Positions 14,501-26,065 of a DNA stretch of 64,000 nt are shown piece by piece. The first letter of the stretch is position 1. Every line of letters starts with the position of its first letter. The translations under genes and the position numbers were made by a program. The notes under the pieces were generated by a model that was not told the DNA's origin, did no database searches, and was given only the letters and a program-made list of their open reading frames with translations. Where the stretch lies: assembly GCA_048213135.1 (NCBI GenBank), contig PS015054.1:319812-383811 (forward strand), read 5' to 3'. This DNA is from Reclinomonas americana ATCC 50394. Its lineage: Eukaryota.

Positions 14501-15233
14501 ATGCATACTCGCACGTGTGTGTACCTCATCGCCAGACAATCCAGCAGCGTCGTCTGCACGGGCACACGCACACATTCACTTGAGCACACATCAGGTTCGG
14601 ATTCACCAGCAGACAACTCCCAGCATTCACCTTGCCTCCGCCCTACACGCGACGCGAAACGAGTGAGACAACGCCGCAGCCACAACAACATCAAGCCGCA
14701 ATGCACGCAACAGTCGGACCCATGATCGCACAGGCTTTTTGACAAGCGAGTGAGAGTGAGTGATGTGAAGATTCACGAAACCATCACTCACCTTCGCCCG
14801 GACGCACAAAGCCCGACACACGATTGAGAAGCACCTTGTTCTACACATGCATGCCCACATCAGCACAGACGCAGACGAAACAAGCACAAGAACACGCAAA
14901 GGAACCTCCTTCTTGATGCGCATCACATACGACAAGTCTGCCAATCATCAATCATCATCATCATCCAGTGAGCGCGCGTGAACATGTGTGTGTGAGAAAG
15001 AGAGAGTGTGTGTGCGCGCGCGCATATTTACCCTCAAAGGTGAGTGTGCATGGCACAGGAGGCACCAGTGATGCACTGGCATACAATGATCGCGCAGCTG
15101 AGTTGTTGCTGGAGTTGTTGGTAGTTGACTGATACCCAAACTGCAGGCCATCACCTGCGTCATGGTCACCTGCAGCAGCAGCAGCAGCAGCAGAGGAGCT
15201 GAGAAGAGGTGTGCGATCGCGTTCTGTCGCCAT
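11541..15233 (-). CDS. ABCG (White-type) half transporter, NBD followed by TMD; multi-exon
   Basis: Spliced Walker A MGPT|GGGK|TTLLDCLA, signature GISGG, Walker B region DEITTGLD, H-loop SIHQPRSDIF, CNPSDF, EERALFQRE, and a hydrophobic C-terminus ending YLALRFMFKEKR. Inferred ATG at 15233. Confidence 0.92.
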
Positions 15234-15358
15234 TCTGCACTGTGAGTGAAGTCCGTTCGAACTCCGCGCTTGCCGACGTTCTTTCCCTTTTTTTACTTTC
15301 TGCACTGAGAGGTGTGCTGCACAACAAGAACGATGATAGAATGTGCCTACGTTGCTCG

Positions 15359-17532
15359 TCATCTTCTCTGCGTAATGTACTGATTGACGACGACGTTGGC
15401 CTCGACGTGGTTTCGTCGAGAGGCACCGGCGCCGGTGGCGCCCACTGCGGCCGGCAATCGCTGCATTTCCTGTAGAGGAGCGTGGGGAGGTGAGTCTCTC
15501 ATTGCCACGCACTCGGAGCACGGAGAGAACGCAACTTGGACCATGAGCAGCGGATTGGCCTCGGCCAGTACGTCCTCGTTGACCGAGATGCCGTCGAGGT
15601 ATTGCTGTGCGGCGACGATGCGTTTCGTTTGGCCACTGGACGCCATGATACACCACAGACAATGACGAAGACACACACACACACACGCACCTTCAGCAGC
15701 GTCTGCAACTTGGCGTTCTCCTCCTCCAGGTGCTTCCTCTCCTGCTCCAGCGCGATCTTGTCGAGCAGCACCTTGTTGTACCGCTTGTAAAAGTTGCGCA
15801 GCTTCTGTGACTCGCCGCCCTCGTGTTGCGCCAGTGGTAGCGACGGGGTCGGACTGATGCCCTTCTCCCCACCCATTTCCGATTGTATTGTGTGTTCCAT
15901 AAACTCCTGCGCACATGGCGGCGTGAGAATTGACGACGACGCAGAGAGAAAAAAGAGGGAGAGTCGGATCCGCCCTACCTCCTGCGTGTGAACCTCGCGT
16001 AGCGTGGCCTCGTCAATCTCGGTCTCCTTGTAGAATGGCATAATCTTTTCGCGCTCCGTCTCCAACTTTCTGTTGAGTTCGGCCAGCTTGAGAATGCGTT
16101 CTGCCTGCTCCCGCTGCGTCTTCAACCGATCAATGGCCCCGTTGGAGTTGGTGACCAAGTCGGCTAGCCGCTGTCGCTGTCGCTCCCGACGCCCGTTCAT
16201 CTTGGCCTTCAGCTTCTTGAAATGACCCGACAGAGCATCCTTTTCCAGCCGCATCGCCGCATTCCTCGACTCACACTCGCGAATGTTGGTCGCCAACTTG
16301 GCCTTCCACGACGACACCTCCTCCGACAGCCGCTGCAACTTGCGCATCTTCTTCGCAATGTCGTTGGCCGTCTCCTCGTCCTCGCCCTTGAGGATTTCGA
16401 ATCGGTTCATCAACTCCAATGTGGTGTTGTTGTTCCGCTCGTGCTCCTGTGACAAACAAGTGAGCGAGTGGAAGAGGGGAGATGAGGGGAGGGAGAAGAG
16501 CCACAAACCGCCAAGAGTTTCTCCTTCAAGTCGACTATTTCCGTCTCCAGTTGCACCTTCAAGTAATGGTACACCTCGGTGTGCTTGCTGGTAATCTCCT
16601 CCTTCTCCGCATTGAACTCTTGGTCCACAAACTCCTGCTTCTCCTCACTCTCCAGCAGCACACTATCCACAATCGCCGCAATCTCGGCCTGCGCGACATC
16701 ATCATCGTCAGCATCAGACGAGGCGAGACGTGGAGGAAACGAGACGGACCTTTTCTCTGGCATGACGAGTGAGAATCTCCTGCTGCTCCTTCTGGAACTC
16801 GGCCTGCAACACGCTCACATCGTGCGTGTACTCGTCGGAGAGCGCCTTGATACGCGCCTGCTGCAACCGAATCAACTCGTCCACATTCTGCAGGTGCGAG
16901 CGCAACGCCAGCCGGTACTGCTCCTCCGCCACCTCCACATCGCGCAACAACATTTGCAACACAGCGTCCTTGCGATCGACTTGCCGATCGTGGTTTTGCG
17001 ACAAGACATCGATCTCGCGCTTCAGTTCCTCCGTCTGTCACAACAGTGAGAGAGTGTGAGTGAGTGAGTGAGTGAGGGCGTGGGAGGGAGAGAGGGAGAG
17101 GATGAACCTTCAATCGTCGCAGGATCGTTCTCCAGTTGCTGGCCACCTTGAGCGCATTGACTCGCGACATTCTCATCTCTTCCTCAAAGTCCTCCTGTGG
17201 TGATTGAGAGAGAGAGAGAGAGACAGAGAGTGAGTGCGACAAAAGAGAAAGAGTGTCATGGGTTTCAACACTCACAGACCTTCAGCTTACGCCTCATCTC
17301 CTCCACGCGCTGCTCTTGCGCACGACTGTGTATACACGAGCGTAAGACACAGAGAGTGAGAGAGAGAGAGTGACAGAGAGAGAGAGAGAGAGTGACAGAG
17401 AGAGAGAGAGAGAGGCAGAGAGAGAGAAAGAGAACGCAACTACTCCAACTCAAGCATCTCGGCATCAGTCGGCGGAGGCGCTTTCGGCCTCTTTGACTTG
17501 GCACCTCCTTTCGCCGTCTTGCCTCCTCGCAT
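15359..17532 (-). CDS. CCDC65: Dynein regulatory complex subunit 2 (CCDC65/DRC2)
   Basis: SQNHDRQVDRKDAVLQMLLRDVEVAEEQY..LRSHLQNVDELI, AERILKLAELNRKLETEREKIMPF, NFYKRYNKVLLDKIALEQE..QYLDGISVNEDVL..NPLL. Confidence 0.9.
17200..17432. repeat. Intronic (AG)n/(CT)n microsatellites in CCDC65
   Basis: Long GAGAGA tracts at ~17205-17232 and ~17350-17432. Similar (CT)n and (GT)n tracts occur in many introns of the window. Confidence 0.85.
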
Positions 17533-17772
17533 TCTTTGTCACACAGAGATGAAGATGTATGTGTCAACGCTCACACAATCCGTCCGCTCACTGGACGGTG
17601 GAAACCAAACACAAACAACTTCGCCGAAGAAGTGAAGAAAATCGGGGAAGGCGACTATGGGTGAGCAACTCGCCGCAGCTTACACTGTGCGTGTGCGCGC
17701 GCGATGAGAGTGGCTTCACGTTGACGTGTGGGACGCGACGGGACATTTCTGTAACTTCGTCACATAACAAGC

Positions 17773-19261
17773 ATGTCAGAGAAGGAGGTTGACGATGAGT
17801 CTGCTGCAGTGATGGCTGCAGTGTCACAGGCAATGGCAGAGGCACAACAGCAGCAAAGAGCGGCTGCAGCTGCTGCGGCTGCGGCTGCTGCAGCTGCGGG
17901 CGAGGACAAGGTGCTGTACGCGCAGAGACGAGAGTGGGCCGACGTGCAACCGGTGTTGCAGGATGAGGGCCCGCACCCGGTGTGCGCCATTGGTTACTCG
18001 GCAGAATGTTGCGCTCGCTCTTGCACGCGCGCGAGATGAGAGTGAGCAATGGCGTATACTCACACACTCGTTGCTCACACACGCACACTGTGAAGTCGCC
18101 GATGCCATGAACTACTTCCGCGCCATCATCAAGGCGCAAGAGAAGAGCACGCGTGCGCTGCGATTGACCGCCGATGTGTTGATACTCAATCCGGCTAATT
18201 ATACCGCCTGGTGCGTCGTCCTTCAAGAGAGCGGGCCCAGCCAGAGGTGACTCATCATCATTGATGGCTGCAGGCAGTACCGCCGTGAGATTTTGAATGC
18301 GATTCCATTTGACGAGGAGGAAGAGCAGCAATTTGTCGATGAGGCCGCCGAGTCCAATCCGAAGAACTATCAGATCTGGTCCGCGCTTCTTCCATTCCTC
18401 TGTCTGTATATTGCTCCTTGTGCTCAATTTCTGTCTCTGTGTCAGGCATCATCGACAGTGGCTGCTGTTGCGCAGAAGAGTGCCGGAGGTGTGATTTGCA
18501 TTTTTTTGCTCATTGAGTTGTCTTTGCCATGCGCTCACTCGTGCGCAGCTGGAGATTGCGTTCTTGGATCGCTCGCTGGCGGACGATGCGAAGAACTATC
18601 ATGCATGGTGTGTGTACATGTGCGGCTGTGTGCGGCCTGTCGCTCAACTGTGCGCGCGCAGGTCTCATCGACAGTTTGTGGTGGCGCATTTCGATATGTG
18701 GGAGCGCGAGTTGTCGCTGTGTGTGGAGCGTCTGCTGGTGGAGGATCCGTACAACAACTCGGCGTGGAACCATCGGTATTTCATCGTCACGCGCAACAAC
18801 ACGGTCGCCATGAGCTCCGAGGTGCAGATGCGCGAAATCGAGTTGCGTGACGGCTCTTTATCGTCATCGTCGATCCCGCTCCTCCTCCTCACCGCGCGTG
18901 CAGATTCGCGGTCGACTGGGCGTTGAGGGTGCCGGGCAATGAGAGCTCGTGGAACTTCTTGCGTGGCATTGTGTTGCCGATCCAGTCGAGTTGCACACAA
19001 GAGGTGGCACCGGCGGCGATTGAACGAGTGCGTGCGGCGTGTGACGATCAGATACAACGGGACGAGCGACACGAGACGAACCAGCCGTGCGCACACGCCA
19101 TGGCGCTGCGGGCCGACCTCGTACTGCGTCGCGTGGCCGACGCCTCGCCAGTCGACGTGGAACGTGCTCGTGGTCTGTACGAACAACTAGCCGCCGTGGA
19201 TCCCGTGCGTGCACGGCTATGGCAACGAAAGAGATCGCAGCTGCCACCGGCAGCCGCATAG
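17773..19261 (+). CDS. FNTA: Protein farnesyltransferase/geranylgeranyltransferase-I alpha subunit
   Basis: WADVQPVLQDEGPHPVCAIGYS, AMNYFRA, and PPTA repeats NPANYTAW, NPKNYQIWHHR, DAKNYHAW.HR, DPYNNSAWNHR, PGNESSWNFLRG; ends with DPVRARLW. Confidence 0.95.
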
Positions 19262-19394
19262 TCCATTCGCCAACCACTGCCCCGCTCGTTTACCTTGGTG
19301 GTTAAAGAAAGAGTGTGAAGTGAACGAACGTGTCCTGCGCGAGAGTGCTTTGGCGAACGACAACAACAGTTGATACGTAGACAAGAGACCGCGC

Positions 19395-20922
19395 ATGCGT
19401 CTGCAGTGCCACTCGCACGTCTCGTGTGAGGGCCCTGTGGACGTTGTCACATTCGCGGGCGCGAACGATGAGCTTCTCATCGTCTCTGCAGCAACTTCTT
19501 CTTCTTCTTCCTCCTCGCCACCACAACACGAGGGCGTAGTGTGTGCCTTCAGCGTGGACACCCACTCTGTGTGCTCCCCTCGCTGGCGACTGCCTGGACA
19601 TCGGTGGCCGAGTGTGGCCGTGTTGCAGGCCTCGTCTCTCGTCATGGTGCGTCCAGCGCAGCATCTGCTCGTGGTGGACGCGTGGTCGGGCTCTGCTGTG
19701 CGAGTGGAGTCGCCCTCAGCCACATCGACAACACAACCAGTTGTCGACAATGCAAGCGAAGAAGAAGAAGAAGACGGAGGAGACGAAGAGGCAGACGAAG
19801 AAGAAGGCACGATTCGTTTGGGAGCTCACATCGGCGACAGCGAAGTGCAAGTGAGCTGTGTGGCCGTGTCACCCGACGGGCAGTGGGTCGCTGTGGCAGG
19901 TGCCTATGGCACAGTGGTGCTGTTTGCACTGGAGGTGCTGGGAGGCGGATCGTGGTCGGTCGGCCGGTCAATGGTGGTGCTGGAGGCGGCGGGGGGCGTC
20001 ACGCGACTTGTCTTTGATGGGCGCAGTCAAACGCTGTGCGCGCTGGCTGGTCCCTCCCTCCACCTGGTCGATGTGGTGGCGTTCGATGCGCCGCGGATGG
20101 TCGATGCGCCGCCGGCATTGCAGTTCTTGTCGGCGGCCTTTCGTCCACACGACGACCACGACGACGACGACGACGACGACGACGAGGCAGTGGTGCAACT
20201 GGCCGTCGGCACGGGTTCGACCGACTCGGCACCGTGCCCCACCTTCGTGTTGGTGTACGAATGGGCGCGCGGCGAGCTGGCGACGGCGCCGCGTGTGCGC
20301 GTTGGCAAGGGCCACCGGCAGCATGTGTGGGGAGTCGACTGGGTGTGCAGTGGACGATGGGTGGTCAGCGGGTCTGCCGATGGATCCGTCGCCCTGTGGC
20401 ACCCACCGTCTATGCGCTGCGTGTGTCGCGTGGCTGACGTGTGCACGTCGCGCATCTACGCGCTGGCGTCCAGCGGTCAGCGATTCGCCACGGGCGAAAG
20501 CGACGGCACCGTGCGTGTGTGGAGTGTGCCGGAAGTTGGTGAGTGTCAGCAACACAGACACATAGACACTCTCATGATCATTTTCTGACGTGTGCTTGGC
20601 AGAGTGGCTCGCCGAGTGCGAGACGGCTGCTTGTGCACAGCTGTGCTCGGTGGTGGAGGAGCTGACGCCGCCGTCGTCAAAAATGACCAGCCTGGTGTGC
20701 GGCGCGGCTGCGATCTTGCACGACACAGCGCTGGCAATACACGGGGCACTGTCGTCGCACGGCGGGCAAGGTGGGTCGCCAGAACCCGTCTCGAGATTAT
20801 CGCCCAGCGCAAGCGCGCACGTGGCCGCCAACGCGGTTCACATTAGCAACAGCAGCAACAGTAGCAGCGCCACTGCTGCCGCCATCGCCGACAGGGGAAG
20901 AGATGCCTGTGGCACTATGTAG
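19395..20922 (+). CDS. WD40-repeat protein (one intron near the 3' end)
   Basis: VSCVAVSPDGQWVAVAG, GHRQHVWGVDW..VVSGSADGSVALW, IYALA..FATGESDGTVRVW. A GT-AG intron at ~20539-20602 joins the last exon. Confidence 0.8.
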
Positions 20923-20964
20923 TGTGTTGCATTCAATAATAACATGTTTACGTATGTCTTTCTA

Positions 20965-23011
20965 TTACGCCTCTGCTGTGGCTGGCGTCGGTGGTCTGTA
21001 CACACCGTAGCTGCGATACCGATTCCTGCGTGTGGACAGGAGTGGCACAAACAGGGCACGACTCCACGACGGGGAGTGCTCGGGGTCGATGAGATGGAGT
21101 GGCTCGCCCTCGACAAGCCAGTCCGACGCCGCCGGTGGCGCCTCGCCGACAAACACACTGCATGAGGAGAGGTCGGGGGCCACCAACAGTTGGTCGGCCT
21201 GGTTGCGGTCATTCGTGCCGGCCGGACACTCGCTGGCGGTGATGTGCCGCAGTTGCGACCAGGTAAGCGACGGTTCGTCACGAGCGGGCGAGGAGAGGGC
21301 GACACTGTGCGGCAGGAGGCCGGAGAAGGACGAGTGCACAAACTGCAGTCGCACACCGTCGGGCAGGAAGAAGGAGCTCGGGAAACGGAACCAGTCCTCC
21401 CCGACACACACAGTGTGATCCGCCGGTCGCAGCACCGACTGCAGTGATCGATACGTGCCAAATGTGGCACCGTAGTTGACGTGCAGGGCGGCTACACGCG
21501 AGGCGGCAGCGGCCACGAAGGCCACCAGCAGCAGCGCGAGAAGCCACTTGCGGTGACGCACGAGCATGGCGGCGCCGAGGGCCGCGGCGACACACAGCGA
21601 GGTGTAGGCGGGCGCCAAAAAGCGCTCCTCCTTGTGCGCCTGCAACGACATGAAGGTCGTGTGCAGCACAAACGGTGCGCACAGTGTCAGCGCACGCCAG
21701 CTGCGTCGCCAGATCAGAACCGGCACGGCCAGCATGGTGAGCAGCGGGAGCAGCGGGGTAAAGTTGAGCGCCACATTGCGCAGATAGTACGACCACGACT
21801 CGGTGCCGTAGGCCTCGGAGGCACTGGCGCCCCACGACACGTTGTACGCGAAGAGATTCAGCGGTGCCAGTACCCACCGTCCATACAGCCACGAGTCGAC
21901 AGTCAGCATGATGGCCTGGTGTGTGTGTGTGGCGAGTGAGCGGAAGCGTGTGGCGGGGGGAGGACACGCGCACCACGCTGACGCAACAGCAATCAAGGCT
22001 GTGGAGAAGATGGCCCACAAGACAGTGCGTGGAAGCGATGCAGAAAACAACACAGCCACCGCCAGAGGCACAAAGCACAAGACGCAGAACGGCCAGCCGA
22101 CCAGCACAGCCACAATACCGCAGAGGACCACGCCCAGCAGCGGGCGCGATACCCCAGACAGCGGCTTCTTGGCGCCGTCACATTGACTGCAACAAAAAGA
22201 TCACGTGAAAACCACGGACGCACAAGGCGACGCACACACGGCACAACGCACCTCCAATGCTGCAGCATGAGACCGAGAGCAAGCGTGACGCAGTACATGG
22301 TAAAGGTGCTCGGCAAGAACGCTGCGTGGCGAGAGGCATGAGCATGTCGCCGAGTGCACGCACGGACCCGGAAGAACGCAACCCGAGCTCGCACGGATCA
22401 TGCCCGGTGCCGCAGCCATGAACACCAGCGACAACCACGCCTCTAGCACACCGATCGATCGCCGCACTGCACAACAGACTTGTGAGAATCTACGACTGTG
22501 CGACAGAGAGAAGTGGGATGAGGAAGCACCTTGCGTGAGCAGAAAGGCCTCACAGATGCCACTGACAACACCAAGCGAGGCACGAGTGGCGAAGAATTGC
22601 AGCATCTGTGCGACACGGAGGAATCATGACTGACGATGATGGATGCACAAGACCAACACGATCGGTCGCACCTTGGAGACACCAACCGCCTGCAGCGCAG
22701 CCGCTGGACCACTGTGCACGAGCACATACACAAACGAGCGCAAGGCGAACTGCGGACTACCAATGCACGTGAGATCCACAGACAACCGACTGAGCACACA
22801 CACAACATACACACCAGTGCTCCCATGTGCGCAATCCACGTCCGTGCACGAGCAAATGCAGAGGCTCCCAGTAGTTGAACACCTCGTCGCAATCATCCGG
22901 CACCGACCACCACGACGCCAGTGCGCGCCACACAAGCAACGCCACCAGTGCACTGCGCCATAATGCAGAAGACGACGAGGAGGGTGAAGGCACACGAGGC
23001 TCGGTCCGCAT
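20965..23011 (-). CDS. ALG9: Alpha-1,2-mannosyltransferase ALG9 (glycosyltransferase family 22)
   Basis: DCDEVFNYWEPLHLL, TWE..PQFALRS, LPSTFTMY, VLVGWPF, YGTESWSYY, HKEERFL, VCVGEDWFRFPSSFFLP. Confidence 0.93.
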
Positions 23012-23094
23012 AAAGGCACTTTGGTCGCGGTTCAATTGGGGTCGTCCCTCTCGCCGGGACAAGTCAAACGCACACTCACTTACGTAACTCGCTC

Positions 23095-24169
23095 ATGCGC
23101 GATGAGCTGTATCAGGAGCTGGTGCCGCAGCTGACTTCCGTGGAGGCAGTGGATCGAGTAGCGCGCGCATACCCCGAGTTGAGCACGCGCAAACTTGCAA
23201 TTCTCACACTTGCGCTCACCTGCGCTCTGCCCATAGTGTCTCCTATGACACACTGCTGTCAATGTACCACAGCACAGTGCGACAGAGTGTGCTGCGGCAT
23301 CATCACCGGCTAAAGGCGCGCGCAGGTGAGCTGTTGGTGCGCTTTGAGCGCGACGGAGAGTCTCTGGCGGCGATGGCGCAAGCGGAAGGCTTCCCGGCGT
23401 GGATCATTGCGAGGCTGGTGGTGGCGGAGAAGTACAAGAACACCAAAGGTGCGCGGGCGTGAGGCAGAGAGAGACAGAGAGAGACTCACTGAGTAACTTA
23501 TGAGTGTGCGTTACAGAGAACGTGAGTCGTCTCATGCGCGACGTGCATCTGATCGAGGATGAGCGGCTTCGTGAGGCCGTGCAACAGTGCGCCGAGGTGG
23601 ATGAGTACTCGTCGCCCGGAGGCGATTTGGTCAAGAGGTTCCTCTTGGGTTTGATTGCTTGCTTGCTTGTTTGTTTTTCTCCAGCACCCACCGGCGGTGA
23701 CCGCGCAGGTTAATGGGCATGCAGTACGAGTACTATTTGCAGGAGAGACTGACGGCGCTGGGGATTCCGTTCAAGAACGAGGAGGATCTGCGGCGAGAAG
23801 GATCGCAAAAGACGCCCGATGTGCTCCTGCCCATTCCGATCCGTTGCGTTCTCCTCGCCGCCGCCGCCAACCGCCTTCCCGTGTGGCATGCCAACACACA
23901 CACACTGGCGACACGCAGAGGTCCACGGCCGCGTCGTCAACTGGATCGACTCCAAGGCCATGTTTGGCGACGAGTCGGGCTTCCGCAACTGCGAGGAGCA
24001 GCTGCTGGGCTACGTGCACCGCTTCGGACCGGGCATGGTCATCTTCTGGCTCGACTTTGTCGACTCGCTGCGCGACCGCGAACCCGACCTGCTCGTGGTC
24101 AACGACGTGCCGGAGCTCGCCGACATGCGCCTGCTCGTGCGCGATGATCTCGCCGGTCATGTCAGGTAA
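23095..24169 (+). CDS. CDIN1: CDAN1-interacting nuclease 1 (C15orf41) homolog
   Basis: DEYSSP, G..YEYYL..L..LGIPFKNEEDLRREG..KTPDVLL, VNWIDSKAMFGD, YVHRFGPGMVIFW. Confidence 0.88.
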
Positions 24170-24326
24170 ATACAAACAAACATGCAACAGAGGGAACAGG
24201 AAATAATGAGCTTTGTTGTTGTATGCGGGCGGGCTTCCCACGTGCGCACAGGTCGAAGCGGCACACCGGTGTGCGCGACGTTCACATATTACGAACGATG
24301 TCCTCTTAAGTTTTTGTCTTCCATCA

Positions 24327-25634
24327 ATGTCGGGCGCCACGAGTGGAACGAGCAGTACACAAAGCAGTGTCTCACTACGCTCAAGAGAATCAACTGCCGC
24401 CGCCGGAGCAGCAGCAGGCGGAGGAGGAGGAGAGCGCTCCGAACGCAGTCCGTCGATGACAATCAGTGCGCCTCTCTCTCACACACACACGCACTCTCGC
24501 ACACGCGTGTACGTGTCACTCGAGATAAAGACACACTTGCTAATGCGCATGTGTGTATGTGTGTGAACAGCGGATAACTTGAACACAGGGAAATCAAAGT
24601 TACTTTCTCCGCGCATGCGCTGTGTGTGTGTTCTTCTTCTCTCTTCTCTCTGTGTCTCACACACGCACTTGTGCGCAGTTTCTTGGAGGGAAACTACGGT
24701 CGAGCCGAGTTCTTCTTCCGATTGGTGTATGTCGACTGCTATCAACGATACGGAGAGGATGATCCAAGAACACGAGTGCGTGTCTCTCTCTCTCTTCTCT
24801 CCCCACCTTTGCCTCTCTGGAGTGCACTCAATCGTACTTCTGTGTGTGTGCGTGTGTGTGTGTGTGAGCAGGAAGCGGAACAATGGTTGTGTCGTGTGCA
24901 GTTCGAGATTGCAAACTCGCGAGACTTTTCACGAGTGCGGGCCTCCGTCTTCTCACACTTCTCTCTCTCCTTCTATGTGTGCTCATTGTGCTTGCTCGCA
25001 GGTGGCACCCGACATGCTCAAGTTTGCGGCGAAATCGTTGCGTGCTTTGCCCGGATCTGATGTCCGCGTTGTTCTTCTGACGTGCGTTGCGCAGTGGATT
25101 CTTGACAAAGCGAGGCGGCGCATGGAAGAACTGGAAGAGGCGGTTCTTCATCCTCGAGGTCTGCTTTGTACTGTGTGTGTGTCGCACCCGGCAAGTGGAC
25201 CTCTCCTTGACATGATTGTTGCAGGGCACCAACTTGTTGTACTTTTCGTCGAATCAGGTGGCGTCTCTCTTGCGCGTCCCCGCTCTTGTCGTTGTTGTGA
25301 GGAGCTCACACTCGCGTGCACGCAGTCACTGCAACCAAAAGGCGTCATCTTCATAAGACAAAATCGAGTTTGTATTGTCGACGGTGGGGCATAAGGAGAA
25401 GAGAAGACCCTGTACCACTGAGCAGCTCACCCACCTCTGTGTACAGGCAAGGAGTGCAAGCAGAAGCGGCAATGTCTAAAGATCGAGACCGCCGACCGCG
25501 TGTACTATGCATACGCCGAGACGGAAGACGAGCTGTTGGAGTGGATGGAATTCATAGAACGCATGCAACGACTGGAGTACGAGACGAGCCACTTGTCAGC
25601 CGAACCTGACACGGCCGATGCGCCGCCCGGCTAA
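24327..25634 (+). CDS. PH-domain protein with a short helical (TPR-like) N-terminal part
   Basis: Visible only after splicing: KSGFLTKRGGAWKNWKRRFFILEGTNLLYFSSNQSLQPKGVIFI..CLKIETADRVYYAYAETEDELLEWMEFI. Stop TAA at 25632-25634. Confidence 0.85.
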
Positions 25635-26065
25635 TCTCTGCTGCTGCTGCTGCTGCTGCGCGCCTCGAGCCGCAGATGTATTCATTGTGACGCTTCTCTT
25701 TTTGTGCTTCTCGTTCTTTTTGATTTCTTCCTCTTTATCCTCTCCTTATGTATCTGTGTCTGTGTCTGTGTGTATGTGTGTGTGCGTGTATGCCAAGAGC
25801 AGGATTGGGCTTTTTTTCCTTATAGCCGCGTATAAGTTGTTGACGGGCGCGTGTGGAAGGACGTTGTTTTTCCTTTCATTTTGTGTGTGTGTGCGAGAGA
25901 GTGAGACGCTGAGAGCAATCCACTGGTGTGTGTGTGTGTGTGTCTCTCACGTGTGTGCAAGACGAAACGCAAGAGCATCAGCAGTTCACTCATCGCCAGG
26001 CACAGTGTCGCCGACCAGTGACAACAGTCAGTCGTTTTTTTGCAAAGTGTGGCGAGAAAAGCACA

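Noticed and set aside
20152-20184. Trinucleotide runs (GAC here; also GGT ~33190, GCT ~8510, CAT ~60411)
   Set aside because: Ordinary homopolymeric amino-acid tracts or intronic microsatellites.
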